Source: an uncultured Gemmatimonadaceae bacterium (GTDB lineage: Bacteria > Gemmatimonadota > Gemmatimonadetes > Gemmatimonadales > Gemmatimonadaceae). Taken from it: a stretch of 64,000 nucleotides of DNA. Where the stretch lies: positions 672,001-736,000 of the forward strand of contig CAWBOC010000005.1 of the NCBI GenBank assembly GCA_963790305.1. Direction: 5' to 3'. Of this stretch, positions 1 to 9,832 are shown one piece after another. The notes under the pieces were generated by a model. It was not told the origin of the DNA. It ran no database searches and was given only the letters and a program-made list of their open reading frames with translations. Numbering within the stretch: the first letter of the stretch is position 1; every line of letters starts with the position of its first letter. A program made the translations under genes and the position numbers.

Positions 1-35
1 ACGACTCCTCACTGCCGGTTCCTCATTGCTGACTT

Positions 36-72
36 GCGTCATCTCGCGAGGTTGTGACATCTCGCGATGACG
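36..72. promoter_or_regulatory. Candidate operator (imperfect palindrome/direct repeat) upstream of the ABC exporter operon
   Basis: GCGTCATCTCGCGA at 36-49, with CATCTCGCGA repeated at 58-67; the same 14-mer occurs at 5682-5695 upstream of the TolC gene. Confidence 0.4.
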
Positions 73-270
73 GCGTGCCGCCAGGAGGCATCGACGGCAG
101 GCACGCGCATCTCCCCAACCTGAAGCACACCAACTGTTTGCCCCGGTCGAGGGTCCTGCGTCGACAAGTGGTCCCGGCGTTGCCTTCCTCTCGCTCGGCC
201 GGCGCGGTCCCGTTCGCCGCGCCGTGCTGATCACGAAGCGATAAACACAGGCATTCAGCCCGGAAACCAT

Positions 271-1277
271 ATGTCAAAGAAGCCACGCATCCTCGCCGCC
301 GCGGTCGTGCTCTCCACGATCGGCGGGTTCTTTCTATACCGGACCATGTCGGCCTCCGAGCCGAACGCGATCATAGCGTCGGGCACCGTCGAGGCCACAC
401 AGGCCGATCTGGGGTTCCAGGTCGCGGGTCGCCTGGAGCAGATCTCGGTGCGCGAAGGCGACGACGTCACGTCGGGTGTCGAGCTCGCCAGCCTCGACCG
501 CGCCGAGCTGCTCGCGCAGCGGGACGCGGCGACAGCGCAGGTCGCAGGCGCGGAGGCCGTATTGCGCGAGCTCACGAATGGCGCTCGCCGGGAGGAGCTC
601 GCACAGGCTCGCGCCTCGCTAGCCGTTGCCGTCGAGCGTCGTGAGGCGGCGCGCCGCGATGTCGACGCGGTTGAGCCCGCTCGCCGAGCAGTCGCTCGTC
701 AGCCGCCAGGAGTTCGACCGTCAGCGCACCGAGCTCAGCGTCGCCGAAGGCGAAGTCGCGAAGGCCGTGCGAGGAGCTACAGCTTCTCGAGACGGGCCCG
801 CGCACCGAGCGCATCGCCGCTCAGCGCGCCGCACTCGCGCAGGCGCAGGCAACCGTCGCGCGAATCGACGCCATGCTCGAGCAGGCGACGCTGCGCGCAC
901 CGTTCAATGGCACGATCGTCGTCAGGCACCGCGAGCCGGGAGAGGCGCTGCAATCAGGGCTACCGGTGCTGACGCTCAGAAACTTCGATGAACGCTGGGT
1001 CCGCATCTACGTGCCGGGTGACGAGGTTGGTCGCCTCGCGGTGGGCCAGACCGCAACGATCACCGCCGATTCATACGAAGATCGCAGCTACACGGGAATC
1101 GTCTCGTACATCGCCAGCGTCGCCGAGTTCACGCCGCGCAACGTGCAGACGACGAAGGATCGCGTGAAGCTCGTCTACGAGGTTCGGGTGCGCATCACCG
1201 GCGACTCGAACATGGATCTCAAGCCCGGACTCCCCGCCGACGTACGATTCCAGGCGGCGGGCGTCTCGGCCGAGTAG
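271..1277 (+). CDS. HlyD-family efflux periplasmic adaptor (YbhG-like); 2 frameshifts (~668, ~770)
   Basis: N-terminal TM, ASGTVEA, GRLEQISVREGD, LRAPFNGTIV and AEFTPRNVQT..RVKLVYEVRV motifs split over ORFs 271.., 626.. and 873..1277. Confidence 0.85.
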
Positions 1278-1290
1278 CGAGGACCTGACC

Positions 1291-2240
1291 GTGCATCGCG
1301 CCGATCAGAACGGAAAGCTGGCGGTCGACCGTCGACGGCCTGACGAGAACCTTCGGCGCTCTCAAGGCGCTCGACGCGCTCTCGTTCCAGGTTGCCGCAG
1401 GAGAGCTCTTCGGGATCGTTGGCCCCGACGGCTCCGGCAAGACGACCATGCTTCGCATTCTCGCCGGCGTTCTGCGACCCACGGACGGCGACGCGACGGT
1501 GCAGGGCACCAGCGTGGCGCGGGACCCCGAGGGCGTGAAGCACCGCATCGCGTACATGTCGCAGCGCTTCGGACTGTACGGCGATCTCTCGGTCGCCGAG
1601 AACATCGAGTTCTACGCCGACCTCTACGGCGTCCCGCGCGACGCACGTCGCACTCGACTCGAGCGCCTCTACGGTTTCTCGAAGCTCGGGCCATTCAAGG
1701 ACCGGCTCGCGGCCAACCTGTCCGGGGGAATGAAGCAGAAGCTGTCGCTCTGCTGCGCTCTCATTCACGAGCCGGAGGTAATGTTGCTCGACGAGCCGAC
1801 CTTCGGCGTCGACCCGATCTCCCGGCGGGAGCTCTGGATCATCATCCACGAGATGGTGGCGAACGGGATGACCGTCATTGTCTCGACGGCGTACCTCGAC
1901 GAAGCGGAGCGCTGCGATCGCGTCGCGATGATGCACCAGGGCCGAATCACCGCCCTCGACGCTCCCGCGGTTCTCCAGGACCAGCTTCGCGGGCAGGGCG
2001 CTCGCGATCGACTGCGACGCGCCGGCGCGCGCCGCTCATGTAATGAAAGGACAGCCGGGAGTTCGCAGCGCGGCGCTGTTCGGGCAGTCACTCCACCTCA
2101 CGCTCGATCGCGCCGGCCTGGAGAGCGAGCTCAGTGTCATGCTTCGCGACGCGGGCATCACGGTCAACGAGATGACGGCGCTCGAGCCATCGCTCGAGGA
2201 CGTCTTCATCGATCTGTCGAGCAACGCCCATGTCAACTGA
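1291..2240 (+). CDS. ABC transporter ATP-binding protein (YbhF-like); frameshifts ~1325 and ~1998
   Basis: Walker A GPDGSGKTT, LSGGMKQKL, LLDEPT; C-terminal EPSLEDVF in ORF 2043..2240. Confidence 0.85.
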
Positions 2241-3183
2241 CCACACGCGGACCGCCGTCGAGGTCGATAACCTCACCCGCCGCTATGGCGCATTCACCGC
2301 CGTCGATGCGGTGAGCTTCACGGTCGGCCAGGGAGAAGTCTTCGGCTTCCTTGGCCCTAACGGGGCCGGCAAGACGACCACGATCAAGATGCTCACCGGC
2401 CTCGTGCGGCCGACCTCGGGACGCGGAAGCGTCGTCGGGCTGGACGTCCGCACCGATGGCGAGCGCATCAAGCACGTCATCGGCTACATGTCGCAGCTCT
2501 TCTCGCTCTATCACGACCTCACCGTCGACGAGAACATCGAGTTCGCGGCGGGTCTCCGCGAGGTGACGGGAGCGCGGCTTGCCGCGCGGCGCGATTGGGT
2601 GCTCACCATGGCCGGGCTCACCGACCAACGGTCACGCATCACCGGCGAGCTGCCACTCGGCTGGAAGCAGCGTCTCGCACTCGGCTGCGCCGTGCTTCAC
2701 GAGCCGCCGGTGCTCTTTCTCGACGAGCCGACCTCCGGCGTCGACCCGCTTGCCCGCCGCGCATTCTGGGAAGTGATCCAGGAGCTGGCCCGTGGCGGGA
2801 CGACGGTGTTCGTCAGCACCCACTATATGGAAGAGGCGGAGTACTGTAACCGTCTGGCACTGATGAATCGGGGAAAGCTGGTTGCGTTAGGTACGCCCCG
2901 GGAGCTGCGCGACGGCATGTCGGAGCCGGTCCTCCGCGTCCATGCCAGCGATCCGGCACGCGCGGTGGCGGCGCTCTCCGGCGCCGAGGGTGTGTACGAC
3001 GCGAGCTTGTTCGGCCGCATGCTGCGAGTCGTCGTCGCGGAAGCCTCGCAGGCGACCGCACTCATTCGTGCACGGCTCGAAGCCGCGGGACTCAGCTGCC
3101 GCTCCGTCGAGATCGTGTCCCCATCCCTGGAAGATGTCTTCGTCTCTCGCGTACGACACGCGGGAGGAGCGGTAGTCGGATGA
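2230..3183 (+). CDS. ABC transporter ATP-binding protein (YbhF-like)
   Basis: GPNGAGKTT, LPLGWKQRL, FLDEPTSG, STHYMEEAE, PSLEDVF; intact ORF. Confidence 0.92.
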   Translation: MSTDHTRTAVEVDNLTRRYGAFTAVDAVSFTVGQGEVFGFLGPNGAGKTTTIKMLTGLVRPTSGRGSVVGLDVRTDGERIKHVIGYMSQLFSLYHDLTVDENIEFAAGLREVTGARLAARRDWVLTMAGLTDQRSRITGELPLGWKQRLALGCAVLHEPPVLFLDEPTSGVDPLARRAFWEVIQELARGGTTVFVSTHYMEEAEYCNRLALMNRGKLVALGTPRELRDGMSEPVLRVHASDPARAVAALSGAEGVYDASLFGRMLRVVVAEASQATALIRARLEAAGLSCRSVEIVSPSLEDVFVSRVRHAGGAVVG

Positions 3184-4314
3184 TCGACACGCGCTGTTCA
3201 GCCTTGCGCGCCTGCGCGCCGTATCGCGAAAGGAGCTGATCCAGCTCAAGAGGGACAAGCGAAGTCTCGCGCTCGCGTTCCTGCTGCCATTCATGCTCCT
3301 GTTGCTGTTCAGCTACGCGCTCACGACGGACGTCGAGAACATCCAGATCGCGGTGCTCGATCGCGATCAATCGCCGGAGAGCCGCGCATTCGTCGCCGCA
3401 TTCGCCCGATCGGGCTACTTCACCGTCCGCAACACGCCAACGAACGAAGGCGAGCTGAGCGAGCTCATTGACCGCGGACTGGTGCGCGTCGCCCTGGTGA
3501 TTCCAGAACGCTTCGCGGCCGATCTGGCGGCGCGGCGCGGCTCGCCGGTCGAGCTGCTGCTCGACGGCAGCGATGCAAAGACCGCCACCGTCGCTCGTGG
3601 CTACGCCGACGGCATTGCCCGCAACTTCTCGGCGCGCGTTCGTGTCGGGTCTGGCGACATGCGACCAGCGCTTCGCGCCGAGTCGCGGGTGTGGTACAAC
3701 GAGACGCTCGACAGCAAGGTGATGATCGTGCCCGGCCTCATCGCCGTGATCATGTCGATCATCGCGGCGATGCTGACTTCGCTCACCGTCGCACGTGAGT
3801 GGGAGCGCGGAACGATGGAGCAGCTCGCCGCGACGCCGGTCAGCCGCGTCGAGGTCATACTCGGCAAGCTGCTTCCCTATCTCGTGATCGGGGTCATCGA
3901 TGTCGCCATCGCCATGACCGTCGGCGATCTTCATCTTCGGCGTGCCGTTCCGCGGCAGCCTGCTCCTGTTCGCGGGTGCGACGACGATCTTTCTGTTCGG
4001 CGTACTCGGCCTCGGCATCATGATCTCGATCGGTGCTCAAGTCCCAGCTGCTCGCCACGCAGGCGGCGATCTTCGCCACCTACATGCCGGCGCTGCTCTT
4101 CTCGGGCTTCATGTTCACGATCAGCAACATGCCGTTCGTGCTCCAGCTCATCTCGCGCGTCATTCCGGCGAGCTACTTCGTCACCCTCTCTCGCGGCGTG
4201 TTCCTCAAGGGTAGCGATGCGGTCGTGCTGTGGCCGGCCATTCTCGGTCTCACGCTCTACGCCATGTTCACCGTCACCATGAGCATCAAGAAATTCCGGA
4301 AGGAGCTCGCCTGA
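3180..4314 (+). CDS. ABC-2 permease (YbhS-like); 3 frameshifts (~3190, ~3926, ~4030)
   Basis: ATGA overlap with the previous stop; KELIQLKRD, AREWERGTMEQL..TPV, GKLLPY, PASYF..RGVFLKG. Confidence 0.85.
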
Positions 4315-5461
4315 TGTCCACGCCCATGTCTACTGCGTCGACCGCTCGGCGCTTCTCCTGGATCCGCCTCCGCCAAATGATCAAGAAGGAGGTGAAGCAG
4401 ACCGTCCGCGATCCGAAGGCGCGTCCGCTGATCTTCGCGGCCCCGATCGCACAGATGCTGCTGCTGGGATACGCGGCGACGACCGACGTGAAGGACATCA
4501 AGACGCTCGTCGTCGATCACGATCGCACGGCGGAATCGCGTGCGCTCGTGAGCGCGTATCAGGCGAGCGGCTACTTCAGAATCGTCGGCTACTCCGAGCG
4601 CGCCCAGGAGGTCACGGTGGCGCTCGATCGGGGCACGGCGACCGTGGCGCTCAACATTCCGGCCGGATTCGCGCGCGACCTGCGCAGCGGACAGGGCGCG
4701 GTGGTTCAGACGCTCGATCGACGGCGCGGATGCCAGTCTCGCGCGCGTCGCACAGTCGTATTCGGGACAGGTCGCGGCGGAGTTCGGAGCGCGCTCCACG
4801 GGGGCGATGCACGTGAATGGCGTCGACCTCCGCTCGCGCGCCTGGTTCAATCCGAGCCTCGAGAGCCGCTTCTTCAACGTCCCCGCCATCATGGGGATTC
4901 TGATGATGATGGTGTGCCTCATCCTGACCGCGCTCGGGGTCGTGCGTGAGCGAGAGATCGGAACGCTCGATCAGCTACTCGTAAGCCCCGTAACGCCGAC
5001 GGAGCTGATGCTCGGCAAGACGATCCCGATTTTCGGCATCGGATGCATTCATCTCACGGTCTATCTGGGGCTGAGCATTCTTTCACTTTGGAGTGCCGCT
5101 CCGGGGTTCGGTGCTCGTGATCATCCTGGCGGCTCTTCTGTATCTGGCGGCCGCGCTGTCGCTCGGGCTGCTACTGTCGACCGTCTCACGCACGCAGCAG
5201 GAAGCGTTCATGCTGCTGATCCTCGTGCTCTTTCCGGCGGTGCTGCTCTCGGGATTTCTCTCGCCGGTCGAGAGCATGCCGGCGGTGTTCCAGTGGATCG
5301 CCGGCGTCAATCCGGTGCGCTACTTCATGGACATCCTGCGCGGCGTCTTTCTGAAGGGGATCGGTCTCGACGTGCTGTGGCCGCAGTACCTGACGCTGGC
5401 CGCGATGGCGAGTGCGACACTCTGGCTGGCGACGAGACAGTTCCGGCGGGCGATCGTCTAG
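4314..5461 (+). CDS. ABC-2 permease (YbhR-like); 2 frameshifts (~4715, ~5085)
   Basis: KKEVKQTVRD, WFNPSL, VREREIGTLDQLLVSP, LSGFLSPVESMP, NPVRYF..RGVFLKG. Confidence 0.85.
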
Positions 5462-5502
5462 CCCGTCCGCTGGTGAGCACCAGCCCCTCAGCACCGGCAC
5501 CC

Positions 5503-5637
5503 TCAGTCGTCGTGCTGCGTCGGCGAGCATTCGTCCCGCCGCGGGCCACCCAACCGCGTGGCACACTCTGGTTGAGCAGCCAGTAGTACGCGGCGGTCGA
5601 CTCCCAGCTCATTCCGCCGATCAGCGAAGCGCCGCAT
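5503..5637 (-). pseudogene. N-terminal remnant (~45 codons) of an aspartate/glutamate racemase (YgeA/RacX-like)
   Basis: Across two frameshifts reads MRRF-LIGGMSWESTAAYYWLLNQSV-ATRLGG, the family N-terminal motif; the rest of the gene is absent. Confidence 0.7.
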
Positions 5638-5681
5638 CGCTCGCTCTTCTCGAAGGTCGCGGCTTCCACATGCAGCGATTC

Positions 5682-5712
5682 GCGTCATCTCGCGACTTCG
5701 CGAAATGTGACG
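5682..5712. promoter_or_regulatory. Candidate operator upstream of TolC
   Basis: GCGTCATCTCGCGA-CT-TCGCGAAATGTGACG imperfect inverted repeat; 14-mer shared with 36-49. Confidence 0.4.
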
Positions 5713-5897
5713 ACGGAATGGCATTGCGCCACTTCGCGCATTCTCGGCCTGCGTCCTTTCAAGATTTTGCGTGACACGAAGTTAGCACGTTGTCGAACGC
5801 CGAGCGCGACGTGGTCCTCGCATTGCCTTCCCATCAGCGCGAACGGTGCGCGCACGTCGCGCGAGCCCTCGACCTGAATGAGACCAACGAGCCTCAC

Positions 5898-7247
5898 ATG
5901 CATACATATCGACTGATTCTCGCGGTCGCCGCCGTGCTGATCACGGCGACGGATCTGCATGGACAAGATGTAGAGCTCCAGCCGATCACGCTGGGTGGCG
6001 CAGCGCGTCTCGCTGCCGAACGGAGCTCGGCGACTGCGGGCGCACGCGCGCGCAGTGCGCAAGCCGATGCCCGCGTGTCGCAACAGCGTTCAGCGTTTTT
6101 GCCATCGCTGTCGACGACGGCGCACGCCGGCGCGCGCACCTACAACACGTCGTCTCTGGGCCTCGACCTTCCGGCGACCCCAAGCGGCGAGTTTCCTTTC
6201 GATCCACGAGGCGAGGTGCGCGGCCCGGTGCGAAACGTCGATTTTCGCACGCAAGTGACCCAGCGCCTCGTCGACATCCCCGCCGTGCTGCGCTGGCGCG
6301 CGTCCGCCTCGGAAGCGGACGCCGCGCGGTTCGATGCGCTCGCCTCCGGTGAGGCGGCGGCTACGCGCGGTGCGACAGCGTATCTCAGGGTCCTCGACGC
6401 CGAGGCGCGCATCGACGCTCGCGCGGCTGACTCGGCGCTCGCGCTCGAGCTCCTGGACATCGCACGGCAACAGGTTGCCGCGGGTGTTGGCATTGCGCTC
6501 GACGTCACGCGTGCCGAGTCGCAGCTCGCCGATGCGCGGGCTCGCCTGATCGCGACACGCAGTGAGCGGGATCGTGCAATGTTGCAGCTGCGTCGCGAGC
6601 TCGAGATGTCGCACGACGCGCCGATCCAGCTCGCCGACTCGCTTAGGCTTCCCGCAGAGAGCGAGGCGCGGATCACCGATGATGAGGCGATTCGCGACGC
6701 GCTCAATCGTCGCACCGACTATCGGGCGGCGCAGGCGGAAAGTCAGAGTGCCCAGCTGCAGGCGCGTGCTGCGCGGTCGGAGCGGCTTCCGGCGATCTCG
6801 CTCTTCGCCGATCACGGAACGACGGGAGAGAATACGGATCGGTTGCTGGGCACGTACTCGTACGGCATCCAGCTGACGATTCCAGTGTTCGATGGCCTCC
6901 GCCTCCAATCGAGGGCGGCGGAACAGCGGGCACGCCAGGTCGAGGCGCAGCTTCGGGTTCACGATGCGCAACGGCAGATCGAGACTGAGGTGCGCGATGC
7001 GCGCATTGCGCTCAATGCCGCGCGGGAAGAGATCGCCGCCGCCAATGCACGTCTTCGTCTGGGCGAGCAGGAGGTGGCGCAGGCGCGAGAGCGGTTCCGA
7101 AACGGCGTGAGCGGGAATGCTGACGTGATCACCGCGTCGATCGCGCTCAACGGTGCGCGGGATCTGGTGATCAACGCGCTCACCACATACCACCTCGCTC
7201 GCGTTTCGCTGGCGCGGGCACAGGGCACGACGACGACGCTGCCCTGA
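5898..7247 (+). CDS. TolC-family outer membrane efflux protein
   Basis: Signal peptide MHTYRLILAVAAVL; two OEP-like repeats (FLPSLS, RLPAIS, LTIPVFDG, ARERFRNG). Confidence 0.85.
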   Translation: MHTYRLILAVAAVLITATDLHGQDVELQPITLGGAARLAAERSSATAGARARSAQADARVSQQRSAFLPSLSTTAHAGARTYNTSSLGLDLPATPSGEFPFDPRGEVRGPVRNVDFRTQVTQRLVDIPAVLRWRASASEADAARFDALASGEAAATRGATAYLRVLDAEARIDARAADSALALELLDIARQQVAAGVGIALDVTRAESQLADARARLIATRSERDRAMLQLRRELEMSHDAPIQLADSLRLPAESEARITDDEAIRDALNRRTDYRAAQAESQSAQLQARAARSERLPAISLFADHGTTGENTDRLLGTYSYGIQLTIPVFDGLRLQSRAAEQRARQVEAQLRVHDAQRQIETEVRDARIALNAAREEIAAANARLRLGEQEVAQARERFRNGVSGNADVITASIALNGARDLVINALTTYHLARVSLARAQGTTTTLP

Positions 7248-7278
7248 TCATTCAACCTCTTTTGCTGGGAGAAACACC

Positions 7279-7455
7279 ATGACACTGCCACGTACTCTGC
7301 GCCCGACGATTCACCTGCCCACGCGGGATGGCTGGGAGGTGCGGCGTGCCCTGGAGGTCTGGGTCGCCACGGGTGCTGTGCCGTCCGCACACATCGTTGC
7401 CGAGCCCGATCCGTCGGACGAGCAGGACACGCCGGAACATGAAGTCGCGGCATAA
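7279..7455 (+). CDS. Small hypothetical protein, 58 aa (MTLPRTLRPTIHLPTRDGWEV...)
   Basis: GGAGA SD upstream of ATG, directly after tolC; absent from the ORF track. Confidence 0.4.
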   Translation: MTLPRTLRPTIHLPTRDGWEVRRALEVWVATGAVPSAHIVAEPDPSDEQDTPEHEVAA

Positions 7456-7507
7456 GGCCGCAGGGCGCCGGCATGGCGTTCCGCTTCTAGTCGATCGGAG
7501 ACACGCC

Positions 7508-7726
7508 ATGCGAACTAGCTGGAGCAGGACCGAGGAACAAGGACAGAGGAAAACGCGCATCCAGGTGCGCTACGCGTCGCGCGCGGCCCGCGTGCTGGTG
7601 GGGCGGGTGAAAGCACGCCGCGCGCGGAGATCCCTGCACCCCGTGCCCGAGCGAATTGCGTTCGAGGCGCTATGCGCGAGTCTCGGGCGCAGTGCGGCGA
7701 TAAGAAGGTTCGAGGTCCGGGTCTGA
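7508..7726 (+). CDS. Small basic hypothetical protein, 72 aa (MRTSWSRTEEQ...)
   Basis: GGAGA SD upstream of an internal ATG of ORF 7328..7726. Confidence 0.35.
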   Translation: MRTSWSRTEEQGQRKTRIQVRYASRAARVLVGRVKARRARRSLHPVPERIAFEALCASLGRSAAIRRFEVRV

Positions 7727-7737
7727 ACAGCAGGAGT

Positions 7738-7862
7738 TAGGCGTCAGGGGTCAGGGCTCAGGGGTGTCAGGGGGTCGGCTCGAGGAGAGTCGCCGTGCAG
7801 TTCTCTCCTGCAACCCATGCCCTGACACCCCCTGAGCCCTGACCCCTGATCCCTGACTCCTA
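7738..7862. repeat. Palindromic element with 7-bp tandem arms (GGRGTCA family), copy 1
   Basis: TA-GGCGTCAGGGGTCAGGG...CCCTGACCCCTGATCCCTGACTCC-TA between convergent ORFs. Confidence 0.9.
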
Positions 7863-7867
7863 AAACT

Positions 7868-9832
7868 TCACTGCTTCACCACCCGGTACACGCGCCCACT
7901 GCTCGAGAGAATGTAGATCTCGCCACTGGAGTCGAGCCCGAACGACTTGATGTTGTCCACATCGCCGATCGACCACGTGCGGTGGTCGACCGCCTGCCCG
8001 CCAGAGAGACGGAAGCTGCGCAGGATGCCCGCGCAGTAATCCGCGTAGAGGTAGTGTCCGACCAGCTCCGGGATTGCCGTGCCTCGGTAGACGAAGCCGC
8101 CAGTGATCGAACAATTCCCTCCCGAGTGGTTGTACTCGAAAACGGGGATCGTTAGGCCGGCGGGGTTGCACGGCGTGGGGATGTGGCAGTGGTTTCCTTC
8201 CATGATCCGCCAGCCGTAGTTCACTCCTGCGGTGGCCGCCGTCACCGCGTTCACCTCTTCCCAACTATTCTGACCAACATCGGCGATGTAGAGCGTTCCG
8301 GCCGGTGGATCGAACGCATACCGCCACGGATTGCGAAGGCCGTGCGCCCAAATCTCATCGCGCCCCGCCGTGGCTCCGGCATATGGATTTCCCGCCGGAA
8401 TCGTGTACGGCAGATTCGTCACGTCGAGCCGCAGCAGCTTTCCGAGCAGCACGTCGAGGTTCTGCGCGTTATTGGGGGGATCATCCCCGCTACCGCCGTC
8501 GCCGGTGCCGAGGTACAGCATGCCGTCGGGGCCGAACATCGCGAGGCCGCCATTGTGGTTGCCGTTGACGGGATGTGGGATGGTGATCACGCTCGTCCGA
8601 GAGCCCGCATTGGCGACGTCACCTGCCGCGGTGTACCGAGCGACGGCGATGTCGCCGTTCAGGTCGGAGTAGTACACGTAGAATCGACCGTTCGTCGCAT
8701 ACTGCGGATCGAACGCCAAGCTGAGCAGGCCCTGTTCGCCGCCGTACCCCACGATGCTCATGATGTTGAGGAACGGTGTCGCCAGTGGCGCACCATTCTT
8801 GATCACGAAGATCCGCCCTGCCTGATCGACGACGAAGATGCGCGCGTCGTTCGGCGGCGAGGTCAGATACACGACGTCGCCGAGCGCGGAGCCGGCCCAC
8901 TGTTGCTGCGCCCCGAGCACGAGCGGCGATGCGGTGTACGTGACCGTGGCCGTTGCGGTCGCGCCACCCGCCACGGTGACGTTCTGCGTCAGCGGCGCGG
9001 GAGTGTGCGTCGTGAGGTTCGACGCCACCGCTGACGCGGTGATCGTATATGTCCCTGGCGTTAGCGACGTGAGAGTCTGCGTCGCCGTGAGAGGCTGGCT
9101 GTAGCCGGAGGGTCCGGTCACGAGTACGGAGCCGTTCACTCCCGCACCGAGGCCGTTGATGTTGACGGTGAGGCTCCCCGTTCCCACCGAGTAGACGACG
9201 TTCGCCGCGACCTGCGTCGTCGAGGCTGGAAGCTGGATCGTCTGCGTTGTGGGTGCTGGCGTGTACGTGACGCCACCGGACACGACGTTCGCCGCGGTGA
9301 TGGTGTACGCCCCCGGGCGTGAGCAGGTTGATCGCGGTCGAAGACGTCAGGACGTTGTTGTACCCCGGCCCCGCGACGGTGACGCTCGCATTCACGCCGT
9401 TAGGCAGGCCGGTGATGGTGACAGCCAGTCGGGCCGTGGCGATCGCGTACGCTACGGACGCGGACGTCGTCCCTGACCCGGCCGGGATGATGACGGATTG
9501 GTCGGCGGGCGTTGGAGCCCATCGGCCCTCGGTCGCATGCTCGACCGGCGTCGCGGTGATGGTGTAATTCCCCGGGAGCAGATCATCGATCGTCGTCGTC
9601 GTCGTGAGGGCGCGCGAGAAGCCACCCGGCCCCGTGACCGTTACCGCTCCGGCCTGCCCCGTGGGAAGCCCGGAAATCGTGACGGCAAGCGACCCGCGTT
9701 CGGGCGCTACGATGTCATCGTCGCAGGCGAGAAGACCGAGGGCGCTAAAGGCGCTAAAAGCGCTAAAGGCGCGCTGATGGTTCGAAGCGCCTTCAGCGCC
9801 CCTAGCGCCTCTAGCGCCTTTAGCGCCTTCAC
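7868..9832 (-). CDS. Lipoprotein with three Ig-like repeats and a C-terminal PQQ-dependent glucose/sorbosone dehydrogenase domain; frameshifts ~9770 and ~9316
   Basis: Lipobox LGLLAC; repeated GSLxVTIxGLP..VTVTGP; GEQGLL, NHNGG, FGPDGMLY, GDGG, GLRNPWR, ADVGQ; GTG start overlaps the upstream TGA and follows GGAGG. Confidence 0.85.
9740..9830. repeat. Palindromic element with 9-bp tandem arms (GCGCTAAAG)
   Basis: (GGCGCTAAA)n ... (TAGCGCCTY)n inverted arrays. Confidence 0.85.
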
